Positions 1 through 11,687 of a stretch of 64,000 nt of DNA are shown piece by piece (position 1 is the stretch's first letter; each line of letters opens with the position of its first letter). The DNA lies in NCBI RefSeq assembly GCF_000150275.1, contig NW_002060946.1, positions 5,680,597 to 5,744,596 on the forward strand. The letters are read 5' to 3'. This DNA comes from Trichoplax adhaerens. Taxonomy: Eukaryota; Animalia; Placozoa. The notes beneath the pieces are model-generated. The model worked only from the letters and a program-made list of their open reading frames with translations. It did not search any database and was not told the DNA's origin. A program made the position numbers and the translations under genes.

Positions 1-1
1 A

Positions 2-894
2 AAAACTGTACAGGAAATTGAATCGAAATTGCCACATTTAAATGATGAAATTCAAGTAAAGTGAATTTAACCTTCATTTATTGTAGCCTACAATCATGCC
101 ATGATTGATTGAATTGAACTTTTCAACTCATAAATAACGCTTATTTCTCAGATTTCATTAAACAAGGAAACAACGCTATGGGGTATGGAAATCCAGCGAG
201 TTGAGCTGTAAGTTTATAGTTTGATTTAAAAAAGCAATAGATGCATTTAAATTGATCTTACGGTATTGCACTATTTAATTGTAATGTATGTACCCTTCAC
301 AGAACTTTGCCCCGAGTTCTACGACGCCAAGATGATACTTCCAACCCAATCTTATTACCCGATTACGCATATACTCCAAAAACTGACATCAATTTTGTTT
401 CTCCTGGTTATAATACTACCTATGTTACTCCTGGTCACAACACTATTAACTATGATTCTACCGCATTGGAAATGTTAAATACAAGCAGTAAATCACATGT
501 AGATTCCACTGAAGCCTACAACGCGAAAGAAAATGTAAAGGCGCGCCTTTCACCACATGATATTATTACAGCTATAGATGGCTTATGTAACAGAATCCAT
601 GTTGCTAATGTAGGAGCTGTTTACCAATTAGATTTAGAGATATCACGAGGTGTTACGGAGACTTATTACATTGATTTAAAATATGGAGATGGATCTGCTG
701 GTGTAGGAAAGCCAAGAAATTGTAAACCTGATTGTATCATCAGTATATCAGAAGAAGACATGGTAGATTTATTTACGAGGCAGATATCTGCTAAAATGGC
801 TTATATGCAAGGTAGACTAAGAGTATCTGGTAACATAGGCTCAGCAATGAAGTTAGAGAGTTTCCTATCTTCATTGGCTGAGCGCGTGGTATAA
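2..894 (+). CDS. STOML1: Stomatin-like protein 1 (end of SPFH domain + C-terminal SCP2 sterol-binding domain), 5'-partial; exons <2-55, 152-207, 303-894
   Basis: Spliced translation KTVQEIESKLPHLNDEIQ|ISLNKETTLWGMEIQRVEL|TLPRVLRR... contains the stomatin WG-x-EIQRVEL motif. The last exon encodes an SCP2 domain (YYIDLKYGDG...PDCIISISEED...AYMQGRLRVSGNIGSAMKLE). GT-AG introns 56-151 and 208-302 are phase-consistent. Confidence 0.9.
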
Positions 895-3800
895 TTATTA
901 TTTTGGTAAGAGAAAGGTATCGTCGACTAATTTATGGGCTAATAATGATTAATTAATAAGAAGATATTGCCTGTAACTTTGAATTTAATATGATGATACG
1001 CTAATTGTGCGTAATAAATTTTAATATCCATTATTTTACATTATTAGGCATCTTATGCTTGTATTTCGATTCTCAATATTCTTACAGTAATGGGAGATTC
1101 CTAGAATATTATAAATAATACATATGTATATGTCCGTATAGATCTGTACTTACATAATATACTACATGTACATTTATTTAGTATATTTAAGGCATATACA
1201 GTACATACTGTATATCTGTACATCTGTGAATATGTAAGTAATTCATACAGTTCTTGCCCAGACAGAATAGGAACTGCAGCAGTGTTAATTATTGACGTAA
1301 AACTACTGCCGTTGGGCGTTATCTTTGAAACATCGAAATAGGTAAAAAATTGTTATGGAGCTGTTTTAGCACAATCATTAGTATCTTAATTTATTATAAT
1401 TTTTCCTTTGTAATTACATATTCTGCTGTATGTGTATTGAATGAAGATATTGTATAATAATTTTGCGTTTTAAAATCATACACAAAAGAATTTATACAGC
1501 AATGCTTCTGTTTATCTATATTACAAAAATTTTGATTACTGATGGATTCCACTGAGGAAAAAAAGCTTCCTGTTGGATATAACATTCAAAATTTTTCGAC
1601 TTAGAAACATGAATAAGCTACTATCAGCAGCTATCATTTATCTACTTTTGCTAGCTTAATACAGCTTGTGATCCAATCAATGTGTAATAATGTACTACAG
1701 TATGAAACCGTAAAGATTAGCTATCGAATTTGAAGCGAGCTTTTAGCATCAATCTACTCGTCACTAGCATCGTTTTGTTATATCATTCCTGTGTATGATC
1801 TTTGTATCGTGTAAATAGCTTTTATAAATACATTGGATAGTTAACGACCGATATGTGTACCACCTGCTCATCACTCTAATTTAACAATTTCTATATATTA
1901 AGAGACGTTATGTTATAATTGTATAGGGTAGTGTTCAGGCAAATTATCGGAATATCGTACTTAGTTGATAGTTTTAGTATTACAATGTATAATCAATAAA
2001 TCTTACTGTTGTAAATGTGTTATCATTAATTTTAGTGGACATGAATGAAACTTGCTGGTAGATTTATAGCAGAAAAAGTTTGACTTTTAATAAATATAAA
2101 AATTTATACAATTTTGCTGTCACTAATAGACGGTCTTTTCTTACCATTTATACGTGATCTCAATTTGTAATTTTGGCCTAAACCTTTGTCATCTAAGTTC
2201 ATCGCGTTTATAGGCATGTCTTTGTTGTTATCGATGTTGAGGTAATCTTTTTCGTTTATTACCGAAGAAAAATCGTGATTGCAATCACCATTAGCCATTT
2301 TACTCCAATCACATTAATGATAGCTTTTATTGTATTATATTAATCTTCGAAATGATATATTAGGATAAAAGTAGTAGTAAAATTAATTTTCTTGGTAGTA
2401 CTATAAAAAAATCGATTCTTATACAATTTATTAAGTAATTTATAGATTATAATAATTATAATCACGACAATCAACACTGATGACTGATATAACAGCTAGT
2501 GGTAACAAAGAAATTTTAAGTCTTTTGAGATTTACGCCGAAAATCAATCCCACCAATCTTATAGTTGTTGATGATGATGACATATGTTCTTTTTTATGAC
2601 GTTTTTATATAACAGAGCAGGGAAATTTTATGACAATTACGTTAATAATACCGTAACATAGTATAGCAAAATATCTCTAGTTAGTACAATTACGTCTTTT
2701 AAAAAATAAACATTTATATTGCAAAATGGGAGTGGGCTGAACACCAGAATACAAAAATAACTTAACGGATGGGCAAATGCATGAAAAATAATATATTGAA
2801 TTTAGTAATATTTTATTGCATGCATATTCAACGATATCAAGATAGGAAGAATTACCTATAAAACTCTTCATCATTGTCGTACTAACGTAATCTTCATAGA
2901 AGTATAATTTAGATTACATGTGGACACCATATGTCCACAATAGCTGCCTGTATATGGAATGGTAATATCTATTCTTTGCTTCCCACGCTTTATATCAACT
3001 GTTCATTTAATTTCTTAACCTTATAGACAAAGTTATTCCTATCAGTTAACACAGTTTGACCTCTTGTCAACCTTAGTACTTGCATATGTATAAGAATATA
3101 TGCTGTATACGCTATCGTATGCAATCTCCAGAAATAAGATTAATATCATACTTTTACATAATTACACCATTTATTGCATTGCATCAATCTTGAACATAAA
3201 AATTTCCACTTTAGTGATGATCTGTATGATCTTTAATTGTTGAAATAATGACTGTTTTTGAAAAATTTTGGAATATCACAAATTTAAAGTTTGCGATTAC
3301 TTATTTATATAGTAATCAATACCTAATCAATGAATTTAATGCTTTAACAAAGACAAATGAAAGGATGTAAGTGACTTGAGGTGATATCATTCTTATCCGT
3401 TTAATATTTGCAATTAAGTGGATGACATAGAACGTTACATCCACTCCAGAATTAAATGTTGTTAATAAAATTTAAGGCTAAAATAAATTAAACTAAATTC
3501 CAATATGTATTAACAACAGTAATCATGCTGTTAAAGTATAACTAACAGACGACAATATAGTATTGCATATCAATATCTTTTCCATGTGATTGATAATTAT
3601 AGTTAGTTTAAGATAAAAGCAAATTCTGATAAGAAATGTAGAAATTTTACTTTCGATTATTGATGAAGAGACTGCCATTATAGAGGATGAAGAGTATTCT
3701 ATTTATCATTATATCACACGTTCTCTTCTGTATAGGATCACGTAATCTTTAGATTATACGGCCTTCTTGTTCAGTATTTGAACTATACACGTATGCAACA

Positions 3801-6084
3801 GTAGCATATATAGTTAAAGAGAATCTTACCATTATTTATTACTCATTTTCAGGCCCGCTTCTATAATAATCGTTAATTATTCTATTTAGTCACATGTAAT
3901 GCATAAATTGATGCTTTAATTTGTTGAATCATTTATATATTATATAAATAAATTTGGTATAGATTGTGATCTAGTTTTATATGTCTGTTGATAGCGTAAT
4001 ACAAGTACCTACCTATATCATTATAGCACTCTTTAAATTTAATAAGTAATATTTTAATTAATTTGCGTTGAACATGTCTTTTGAGAGGTGGAGTGAAACA
4101 GTTGTAGAAATTTCATTTGTTGAAAGAGCAACTGCGATTGCGTGCTGCTATATTAATTTCCTGGCCATATGTTTCTACTTTTTGATGCGATATAAACTTA
4201 GCAGTATGTTCTATATAATTTGATGGAATTAATTATGTCTTACATTTTTATTTTCTTATATCCAGATGTTAATATTGATAGGATGAAATTTGTAGATTTT
4301 TTATAGATCCTATAGGTTAATTTTACGAATTTAAATAAAAATAAGTAATACAGAGCATATATTATCAGCTTTATTCGATTGATTTATCAAAGCTTTGAAT
4401 ATAGCTTCATTTGCTATATGTTTTAATTCATTATCAATATGAATAGACCATTCCACTTATAGACCATTGTATAAACTGATAATTGAAAAGTGAGCTAGGC
4501 GCGTCTTTCAATATTGATTCCACGTTATAGTACATGGTGACAGATCAATTTTCATCATTCCGCAGACGGCGAATAAATAAATACTTCAACAGATGTTTGC
4601 TTGGTCGGCTATATTTTTAAAGATATCTAAGATAGACTTATTGCTTGTTACAATCATGCTGCTCTAACGGTAGTGCAAGTTTCTATCAATCAACTGGATA
4701 ACACCAACATCACAAAATTATCCATGTTATAGTATTTAGGAGGATTTCATCTAAATATACATGGTAATAGAGCAGTTCTTGATAAAATTGATTTAAAAAG
4801 TTTATCATTAATTTCCACATATATTACTTTAGTTCAATCTATAGAATTGATTAAAGATACGACATTAACGTTATGAGGACCAGGCTACTTTTCTATGACT
4901 CAAAGCAAGTATGGTCGGAAATAACTGATAAACCGATTTATTAAGTAAATAATGTTCAAGATATATTGGTGCCCTTCAATGACCTAAAGATAGGTTTACT
5001 GCGACTAATGAGAAACTCATATGAATTAATACTTACAATCAGGTTACTATTTTTATGAGTAAAAGCTTTAAATTATAGCGCAAAATTTATTATACATATT
5101 TGAACTGGTGGGTTGCCTTGTAACTCGTTGTTCACACGAGACCGATGAAATATTTTGTAAATATCGAATCTTGCAAGAATGTAGTAGTGCTTGTATGAAT
5201 TAGATTAGTAACCGATACTACCGATGGGGATACTATTTGTAACGTTGGTTACGATTACAACCATACAACCCTATATCATAACATCAGCTAATGGAAGTCG
5301 TCTCATCCTAGATTATTCTGGCTCGTTTCTGCCTCTGTACAACGACGTATGATCTACTTTCTACGATCGTCTTTTGACGATTGTATCATTTCTGAAAACA
5401 AGAATAAGATAAGCAATTTCCTACTATTTTTCTTGTTGGCTATATCTTTTATATTGTACTGTACTGGGCAAAAATTTCAGTCTATTGGATAGTACTACAC
5501 GTGCGAAACCTTTTAAATGTTATCATTTAATTTTAATTCCGATTAAAATAAACAACCATAATAACGATATAGGATAGCAATAATAAACACTAGAATTCGT
5601 CTATCTTATTTGACAGATGAACGCATGTGGTCATTAAGCAACTGTTGGAAAATTGATTCATCCGATATCCTAAGAGCTGGAACTGTTTACGGTTATCGGT
5701 AGTACTAAGGCTTGAAAAGTGGGTATTATCAACATAAGCAGGCTTATGGGTGTAGGAGAAAAGTGGCTATTTCTAAATAAGGCCCTACCAATACTAGGTA
5801 TTACGTAGATGAAGTTGATGATATATAGAATGCGCTTAACAGGCATTGAATGAGTACATTTCATTGAAGAAGAGTGATTTCCCTCGTCATTTGTGTAGTA
5901 AATGCAATTAACCGATAGTAATTGAATGAATGCTGTACCATCACTGTCCCGTACTTGATATATGTTTTGCAACAAATGTGCTCCTTGGATGTGATGGTGT
6001 AAGGAATGATAATTAATTTAATCTGCTGAAGGCGTTATATAATTACTGTACAGTTATATAAGGGTTGTCTAAAATTGTTCATTA

Positions 6085-6111
6085 CCCCCCCCCCCCCCCC
6101 CAAAAAAAAAA
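6085..6111. repeat. Homopolymer tract C17 followed by A10
   Basis: Directly visible in the sequence. Confidence 0.95.
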
Positions 6112-6125
6112 CATTTGGTAGCTAC

Positions 6126-6248
6126 TTCGGAGCGCGCCTATGAAGAGGACCAGTAAGCTTAATTAGGGACTTTTAAGAGGGAGAATTCCTCCTTAGAAGT
6201 CCCTGGTTTACTAATCTGCGCATTTTGGGCCTCTGAGCGCTTGCTGAA
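6126..6248 (+). ncRNA. Candidate structured RNA: long hairpin with box C-like (ATGAAGA) and box D (CTGA) motifs
   Basis: Nested stems TTCGG/CTGAA, AGCGC/GCGCT, AGAGG/CCTCT, AGTAAG/TTTACT and core AGGGACTTTTAAG...CTTAGAAGTCCCT (6165-6204). Most mismatches are G-U wobbles on the + strand. Confidence 0.35.
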
Positions 6249-6562
6249 TCCATCGACTTCAAAGTACGGTCCCATCGACGCGTACACTGTAGAAAGAAAG
6301 CTGTTTTTCCTGGCTGTTGTAATTAATTCCAGATATGGTTACACCACGATAAATCGCAATTTATGGAGTAGTCTAAGTCAGTCAGTGATCCTATCGTACG
6401 ATAGTTGACATGAATAACCGTAGTGAACAAAATTTAGTCAATGCGGAGACAGCTGTTGGTGGTTGCTGTCCTGCAGCGAAGACACAGTTGCATCCATTTT
6501 TACCTCCATCAGCTCGATGGTTGCGTCATACCTCGATGGTCTCATGCTATGTGATGACCCGC

Positions 6563-6920
6563 TGTACAGTGCACAGTACCTACTGTACTGTGTAGACCAG
6601 TATTGTGTACTGTACATTGTACGGTATTCCGCAAGAAAAAAAAAAAAAATACAGTAAACACGTTGAAGTTTTGGTGGGTGTGCCGTCCGTTATCTGCATT
6701 GTTCTGTATTGTTGTGTATTCTAGCACGCATGCACAGTACTGTCCGGTCGATTGTACAATACCGTACTCTACGGTACTGTACTGTAGTTTCGAAAAAGGA
6801 ACTGTACAAAACAAGTTTTTGCTACAGTACGTATGTACAGTACAGTACTGTACACGTGTAAGGAACGACACGGTGTGCGACACGGTCTACCGTACACAAA
6901 TAAACAAATAAATACGTAGT
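6563..6920. promoter_or_regulatory. GTAC/TACAGTA/TACTGTA-rich low-complexity island upstream of DNAJC12 (putative bidirectional promoter)
   Basis: Dense TACAGTAC/GTACTGTA/TGTAC words ending about 140 bp before the DNAJC12 ATG; a similar island lies between MRPL1 and MEST. Confidence 0.55.
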
Positions 6921-7056
6921 ACCAACACATCAAGACTAGCAAAATCGTTGATTGGCATCGAAGAGCGTCGAGAAAAAATTCATTCTTCACCTCAATAATA
7001 TCGTACACTATTGTACGTTATCAAGTAAACAATCTTCTTCAACTTGATAAATAACT

Positions 7057-8636
7057 ATGGAAAAAATTTGGGAATCAACCATTTCGCCAGAAGATGATTT
7101 CTACAAGATGTTAAACTGTGATGAATCATCATCGGTTAGTAAACCAATAATAGAATTCATAATAAACATCGCCCGAAGACTTTTTTCCCTATTCTTCTCG
7201 GCAGTTTACTCAGTAGAGTTCAAAATACTCGTGATACTGATGTGGTGCTTTGACTTGTTTGACTAACTTAGCTTGAACAAATCAATACCGAATTTCGTAT
7301 CCAAGCCAAGGAGTTACACCCTGATAGATGTTCCGTGAAGGATGATGAGGATACTGGTACGGTAGAACGTTATTCCACTTCATATTGATAGACACAATTG
7401 TGGTACTATACTCTACAACAAGTGCTTACTGACATCAATGGAATTGATTCAGTTGGGCTTTATTAGAATAGCTACAATGACAACCGTAATCACGATACTT
7501 ATTTCCTATGTTTGTAAATAGTCAAAAGATTTGCCTTATTGCAAAAAGCTCGCAATATTTTAATGGATCCCGATAAACGGAAGGCATACGATCTCTTTCG
7601 ACGAAATCATGGTGGCATGTCCTATGACCAGTGGTCCCAAAATCATCTTGAACAGGTGACTTGCTTTATGCCCATCAATAATAACTAAAAATACTAGACT
7701 AAATCAATCTCTGTGCTATCCTACAGGCTATAGTACTGTCATCGACTAGTACGATTGTTACTTACATGTCGTGAAGTGCAAGTTACTTTCCACTTGTAAA
7801 ATGTCAATTGAAATACAACTTGTAAATTGTAACTACATAACCATCGGCATTCCATTGTTCCGTTTTAGACGATACACTGGACGAACGAGAAAAAAACGCC
7901 TATGTTGGCTGATAGTGATGCGTTCAAAAATTCAGGAGAGATGTTATGCGATTCTATTCCCAGCTTCGGTTAGTAATGATATACATTGCTGTAGGTTTAT
8001 CATGGATGCCACGTTTATTCTCCTATAAATTGATAGATTAGTATTCTCGAGTCTGAGACATTAAATAATATATTAGTATAATGGATTATTGATGTAATTT
8101 ACGATTGTTTCATGTTTCGCTGATTGATCGCCTATTTATTTATTTTTATAAAAGTTTTCAAGTGTCGACACGATTATACTCAGTTGTTTCATAGACTTTT
8201 AAGTAATGGTATTTACTGTAGTTTAATTATACCAGTGCTGTAGATATACGCATTGCAGTAGGTTTGAACAGTCCCTCTAGAGCAATCTCTCTGTGATGTA
8301 ATGGACTAAAACTGTATATATAATACACGTAGTAGTACAATCCACTATGCTGTATTGTATTAGTATTCATTTCACCTACAGATGTAGAGTTTGACGCACT
8401 TTTATACCATCAAAATATTTACCTAATCATAACGAATACGCGTACAATATTTCAATATTAGCATTCAAAATTTTACTAACAATTAAGTATCAAATTATTC
8501 ACTCTCGAAAGCCTAGATACAACTTTTAACATTCTAACGCTATGGCGATGTTTCTATTGCAGGGCGATTTTCACGGTTTTTTAGGCCCGATGTCCAAAAT
8601 GCAAACATCATCAGATTTAGAACATACGAGATCTGA
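7057..8636 (+). CDS. DNAJC12: DnaJ homolog subfamily C member 12; exons 7057-7134, 7272-7356, 7522-7655, 7869-7968, 8563-8636
   Basis: Spliced protein MEKIWESTISPEDDFYKMLNCDESSS|LEQINTEFRIQAKELHPDRCS...|VKRFALLQKARNILMDPDKRKAYDLFRR...SYDQW...|TIHWTNEKKTPML...|GRFSRFFRPDVQNANIIRFRTYEI*. It has a J-domain HPD motif, the DNAJC12-type HW..KK..ML motif and a C-terminal FRxYEI. All introns are GT-AG and in phase. Confidence 0.93.
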
Positions 8637-9472
8637 ATGCGTTCAATATTACGCTACGGATCGATATAGTATCAGGAGTTTCCGGGATACCATTTCCGTC
8701 ATTTTAAACATTCTATAGTAGCTGCGGCTACTATTCATATGGAGTTGCTTATCATCACTACTAATGTTAATATTACTGATGCGATATACTAACAATACAG
8801 TATGCGAGCCTTACTTACTCTTAGCTTACTGAGCAGTTAGTTTCCCGTACTGATATTTAACGTACTACAGCATCATCGCTGTATACGTGTATCTCCATTG
8901 TCAGTTGGTGTGTTGTTTTCGATTTCATTGACTTACAAATAAGCTTTATCTCTCTGCACATATAAATATTTGACTTATAATTAATTATATAATTCAATGC
9001 AGGCTTCTGCATTAACGTCAGTAGAACGTTGGTCTGCACCAGGCTTATTCTACAACTGTAATTCTGGCTATAAGTAGCCTAGATGTAACTCGATTTCGTA
9101 TTAATAACCGTAATGTAATAATATTAATGAATTGTGTATAGAATGTCATATTTACCGGCCAAATTTATGATATTACAAAACTAGGTATTGAAATAATCTT
9201 AGTTCATGAATCAGTATTATCTAGCGGGCTCAATCACATTTTTGATACTGTATCATTTTGGTCATTGATAATAAAGAAACGTAATAAAATATAGACGTCA
9301 ATATCCAAATGAAGTAAAATTTAATATTAAAAGTTGCGATTATAAGCATAAATTTTCATGTACAGCGCTTAAGCAATGATTATAATCAATAGTATATAAT
9401 TAATAGCCATAGTTGCATGAAAGACATTTATAAATGATATTATAATTAGAGTAAAATTGTCGTTATTTCGCT

Positions 9473-11507
9473 CTATTCTAGTAATACTCCGGGTCCTCGA
9501 GTGGAAGAAAGGAATTTTTGTAGTATAAAACGACCTGGTATACATGGTGCAATTATCAGTTTGTTAATTTGAGACACCTTGCAATCCAGACTGATAACAG
9601 AAATCATACTAATACTAAAATCAATTCAATATAGCGATGTGAACGCGTACTGAAATCAACTCCTACCTTTTCCTTTATGGGTCATAATCTCATCAATTAC
9701 ATTATTGACGTTGCGTTTTACATCACTAGCAGGAAAATTTAACTAAAAGAGATGGTAAAATCATAAAGTAGATACATTATCATGGTAAGGCAAGCATCGT
9801 AAGGATGATCTGAGTAAGAAGCAACGCGAAAGGATTACTATACCTTGCCAATGGGAATGTTAATTATGCCGTTCTTATCTGATCGATACTCTATTCCTCT
9901 CTTTAAGCGATCTACCGACTCCACCGTGACCTCCTCCACAATACTGCCTAAAATAATAGCGTTGCTCAATCTTACAATAAATCTATCTATATATATAGAT
10001 GGATAAATTACCAATAACAGTGCTGTGAAAGCTGATGATGCAGTAAGATAATCCTCATCAATCATAATTGTTACAATTTCAAACCTTTTCTCTTATTTGG
10101 CATCAATGCCGATCGCAATATCGGCTGTAGAGATCGAATTTTTTTAGCATAAGTTTTCGTCGTTAAAAATCTCATTTGCTTCTTCTTGAGCTTCAAGGAT
10201 TTATTTTGAATCTGTATGGAAATTTTATGTAATAATATCAGTTGAAGGTAAAATTTAATCTTAAAATTTTGTTATTCGTGCTCAATACATTGACACAACA
10301 GTTCGGTAAGTGTGTTATTTTACGTCGTACTCGTATGAATAAGGTGAAACGATGACAGAGTTTAATACGCACTAGCAACTGTATGAAAACTTCCAGTGAT
10401 AAAATAATGCCATTTTCTCTATTGATGACAGAGTTTAATACGCACTAGCAAATGTATGAAAATGTCCAGTGATAAAAAAATGCCATTTTCTCTATTGCAA
10501 AGCTTTACATCTTTGCTACTGTAATAGCCTAGCGCGTATTCTTACAGTATCGCAGCCTTGGTCACAAGAAAACGCCGGTTAAACTACTGTAGGGCTACGT
10601 TCTTATGGTTGGGAGTATGCCTTGATTTGTTTTAAAATATTAGAACTACATTGACGACGAAAGAGCGACTTTACCTTTTCTATGAGGTCATCCGATCCGA
10701 CATGTTGGACTCCGCATTTCTTTGCGGTTTCAGCAACTTCACCCTATTTCCCAATTCAAAGGACAACAGCATTAGTATTATAACTCTGCTTTGGTATATA
10801 GAATTTCATGAATGAAATCTTGTAAGCTTTACAATTTGACTACTGCTTGATACAGTAGATCCTACAAAGTGTTTGTACATACATGTATAGCTATAAATGT
10901 CGCTAAGTTTACAATGAATTATCTCGCAACTAGTCGGCACAAAACATACAGTACTATACAGGTGTGTTTATAGCACGTATTTAAGACGGATTTACATCTT
11001 GACTCAACTAGACATACATCAGCAAACGCATAGACAGTTCGATCTTGAAAATAGTTTCTAGGTAAGTAAATGGTGCCACGGATTTGTGATGCATCTCGTT
11101 GCTTACTCTAAACATAAAATAAGAAGATTTCAATTAAGTGGTACAAATGTATTTACTGCTCATCATTGAGGTATAATCTGTTTCTTTTACTCATCTCCAT
11201 CAACCCCATAAACAAGCATTGCTATGATAATCATTATGTATAGCTATTCCCTTCATACCTTATTCTCCATCAGATTTAGCCTAATCGATAACTCCAATGT
11301 TTCGTTTACTCTACCAAGAGCGTAAGCCTTTAAAATGAGCAAAGCAGTGTCGATATCATGAGGTTGTCGAGGATTATTGCTACTAAAGGTAACAGTATCT
11401 TCCTTTTCCCTCGTTGCCTTCCGGGACGTTGCAACCGCAGCGTAGAATCGACTAGTTAAATTTCCAGGCCGAGGAAAAATCGTCTTCCATAAACTATAAT
11501 AAGCCAT
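9473..11507 (-). CDS. MRPL1: Mitochondrial ribosomal protein L1 (uL1m); exons 11507-11259, 11107-11018, 10743-10675, 10211-10085, 9947-9844, 9742-9667, 9534-9473
   Basis: Spliced protein of about 258 aa with a basic presequence-like N-terminus and uL1 motifs ETLELSIRLNL, QIRGTIYLP, VGSDDLIEKI, LMPNKRKGS, YRSDKNGIINIPIGKLNF, LSSTRGPGV. All six introns are GT-AG and in phase. Confidence 0.9.
10351..10496. repeat. Two-copy 73-bp tandem duplication within an MRPL1 intron
   Basis: GATGACAGAGTTTAATACGCACTAGCAA...GCCATTTTCTCTATT at 10351-10423 and 10424-10496, with only a few mismatches. Confidence 0.95.
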
Positions 11508-11687
11508 ATTTTAAAAAGGACAAGTGCTTCTGGAATAATTCAGCATTGATATAGTATGATAGACTTTTCTTGTACTATTGGACGTTTTTTGTTGGATACT
11601 GAAATTAGCCTCGAGCTTTCTGCAGCATTTATCGTCAATGATGGCTTCTGCAGGTGTTCAAATTGATCACTGCAATGTGAGCTGAAT

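Larger units (their letters stand above)
1394..6560 (-). pseudogene. Possible decayed multi-exon gene or spliced lncRNA divergent from DNAJC12; product unknown
   Basis: Repeated minus-strand donor motifs (GT at about 5036, 4243, 4012, 3829, 2855, 2006) and acceptor motifs (AG at about 6288, 5393, 4985, 4752, 3784, 3479, 3040) flank coding-like segments. Every frame I tried has stops or frameshifts. It lies directly beside a GTAC-rich promoter island. Confidence 0.3.

Noticed and set aside
1394-5400. Stop-codon reassignment or U-to-C editing rescuing the broken frames
   Set aside because: Neighbouring genes use TAA, TAG and TGA as normal stops, frameshifts are also apparent, and any stop converts to Gln/Arg by T-to-C, so the pattern is uninformative.
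6140-6237. SECIS element (ATGAA...TGAG core)
   Set aside because: The upper helix is far too long, there is no apical AA at the expected spacing, and no upstream + strand selenoprotein gene is present.
6101-6560. Minus-strand Pol III RNA (7SK, telomerase RNA, RNase P/MRP, SRP) ending at the T10 run
   Set aside because: No recognizable conserved motifs (no CTAACCCTAA template, no P4 consensus), and the wobble pattern favours the + strand.
6410-7008. Several overlapping 60-113 aa ORFs rich in T/V/Q/Y/C
   Set aside because: Artefacts of the low-complexity GTAC repeat island; no protein-like features.
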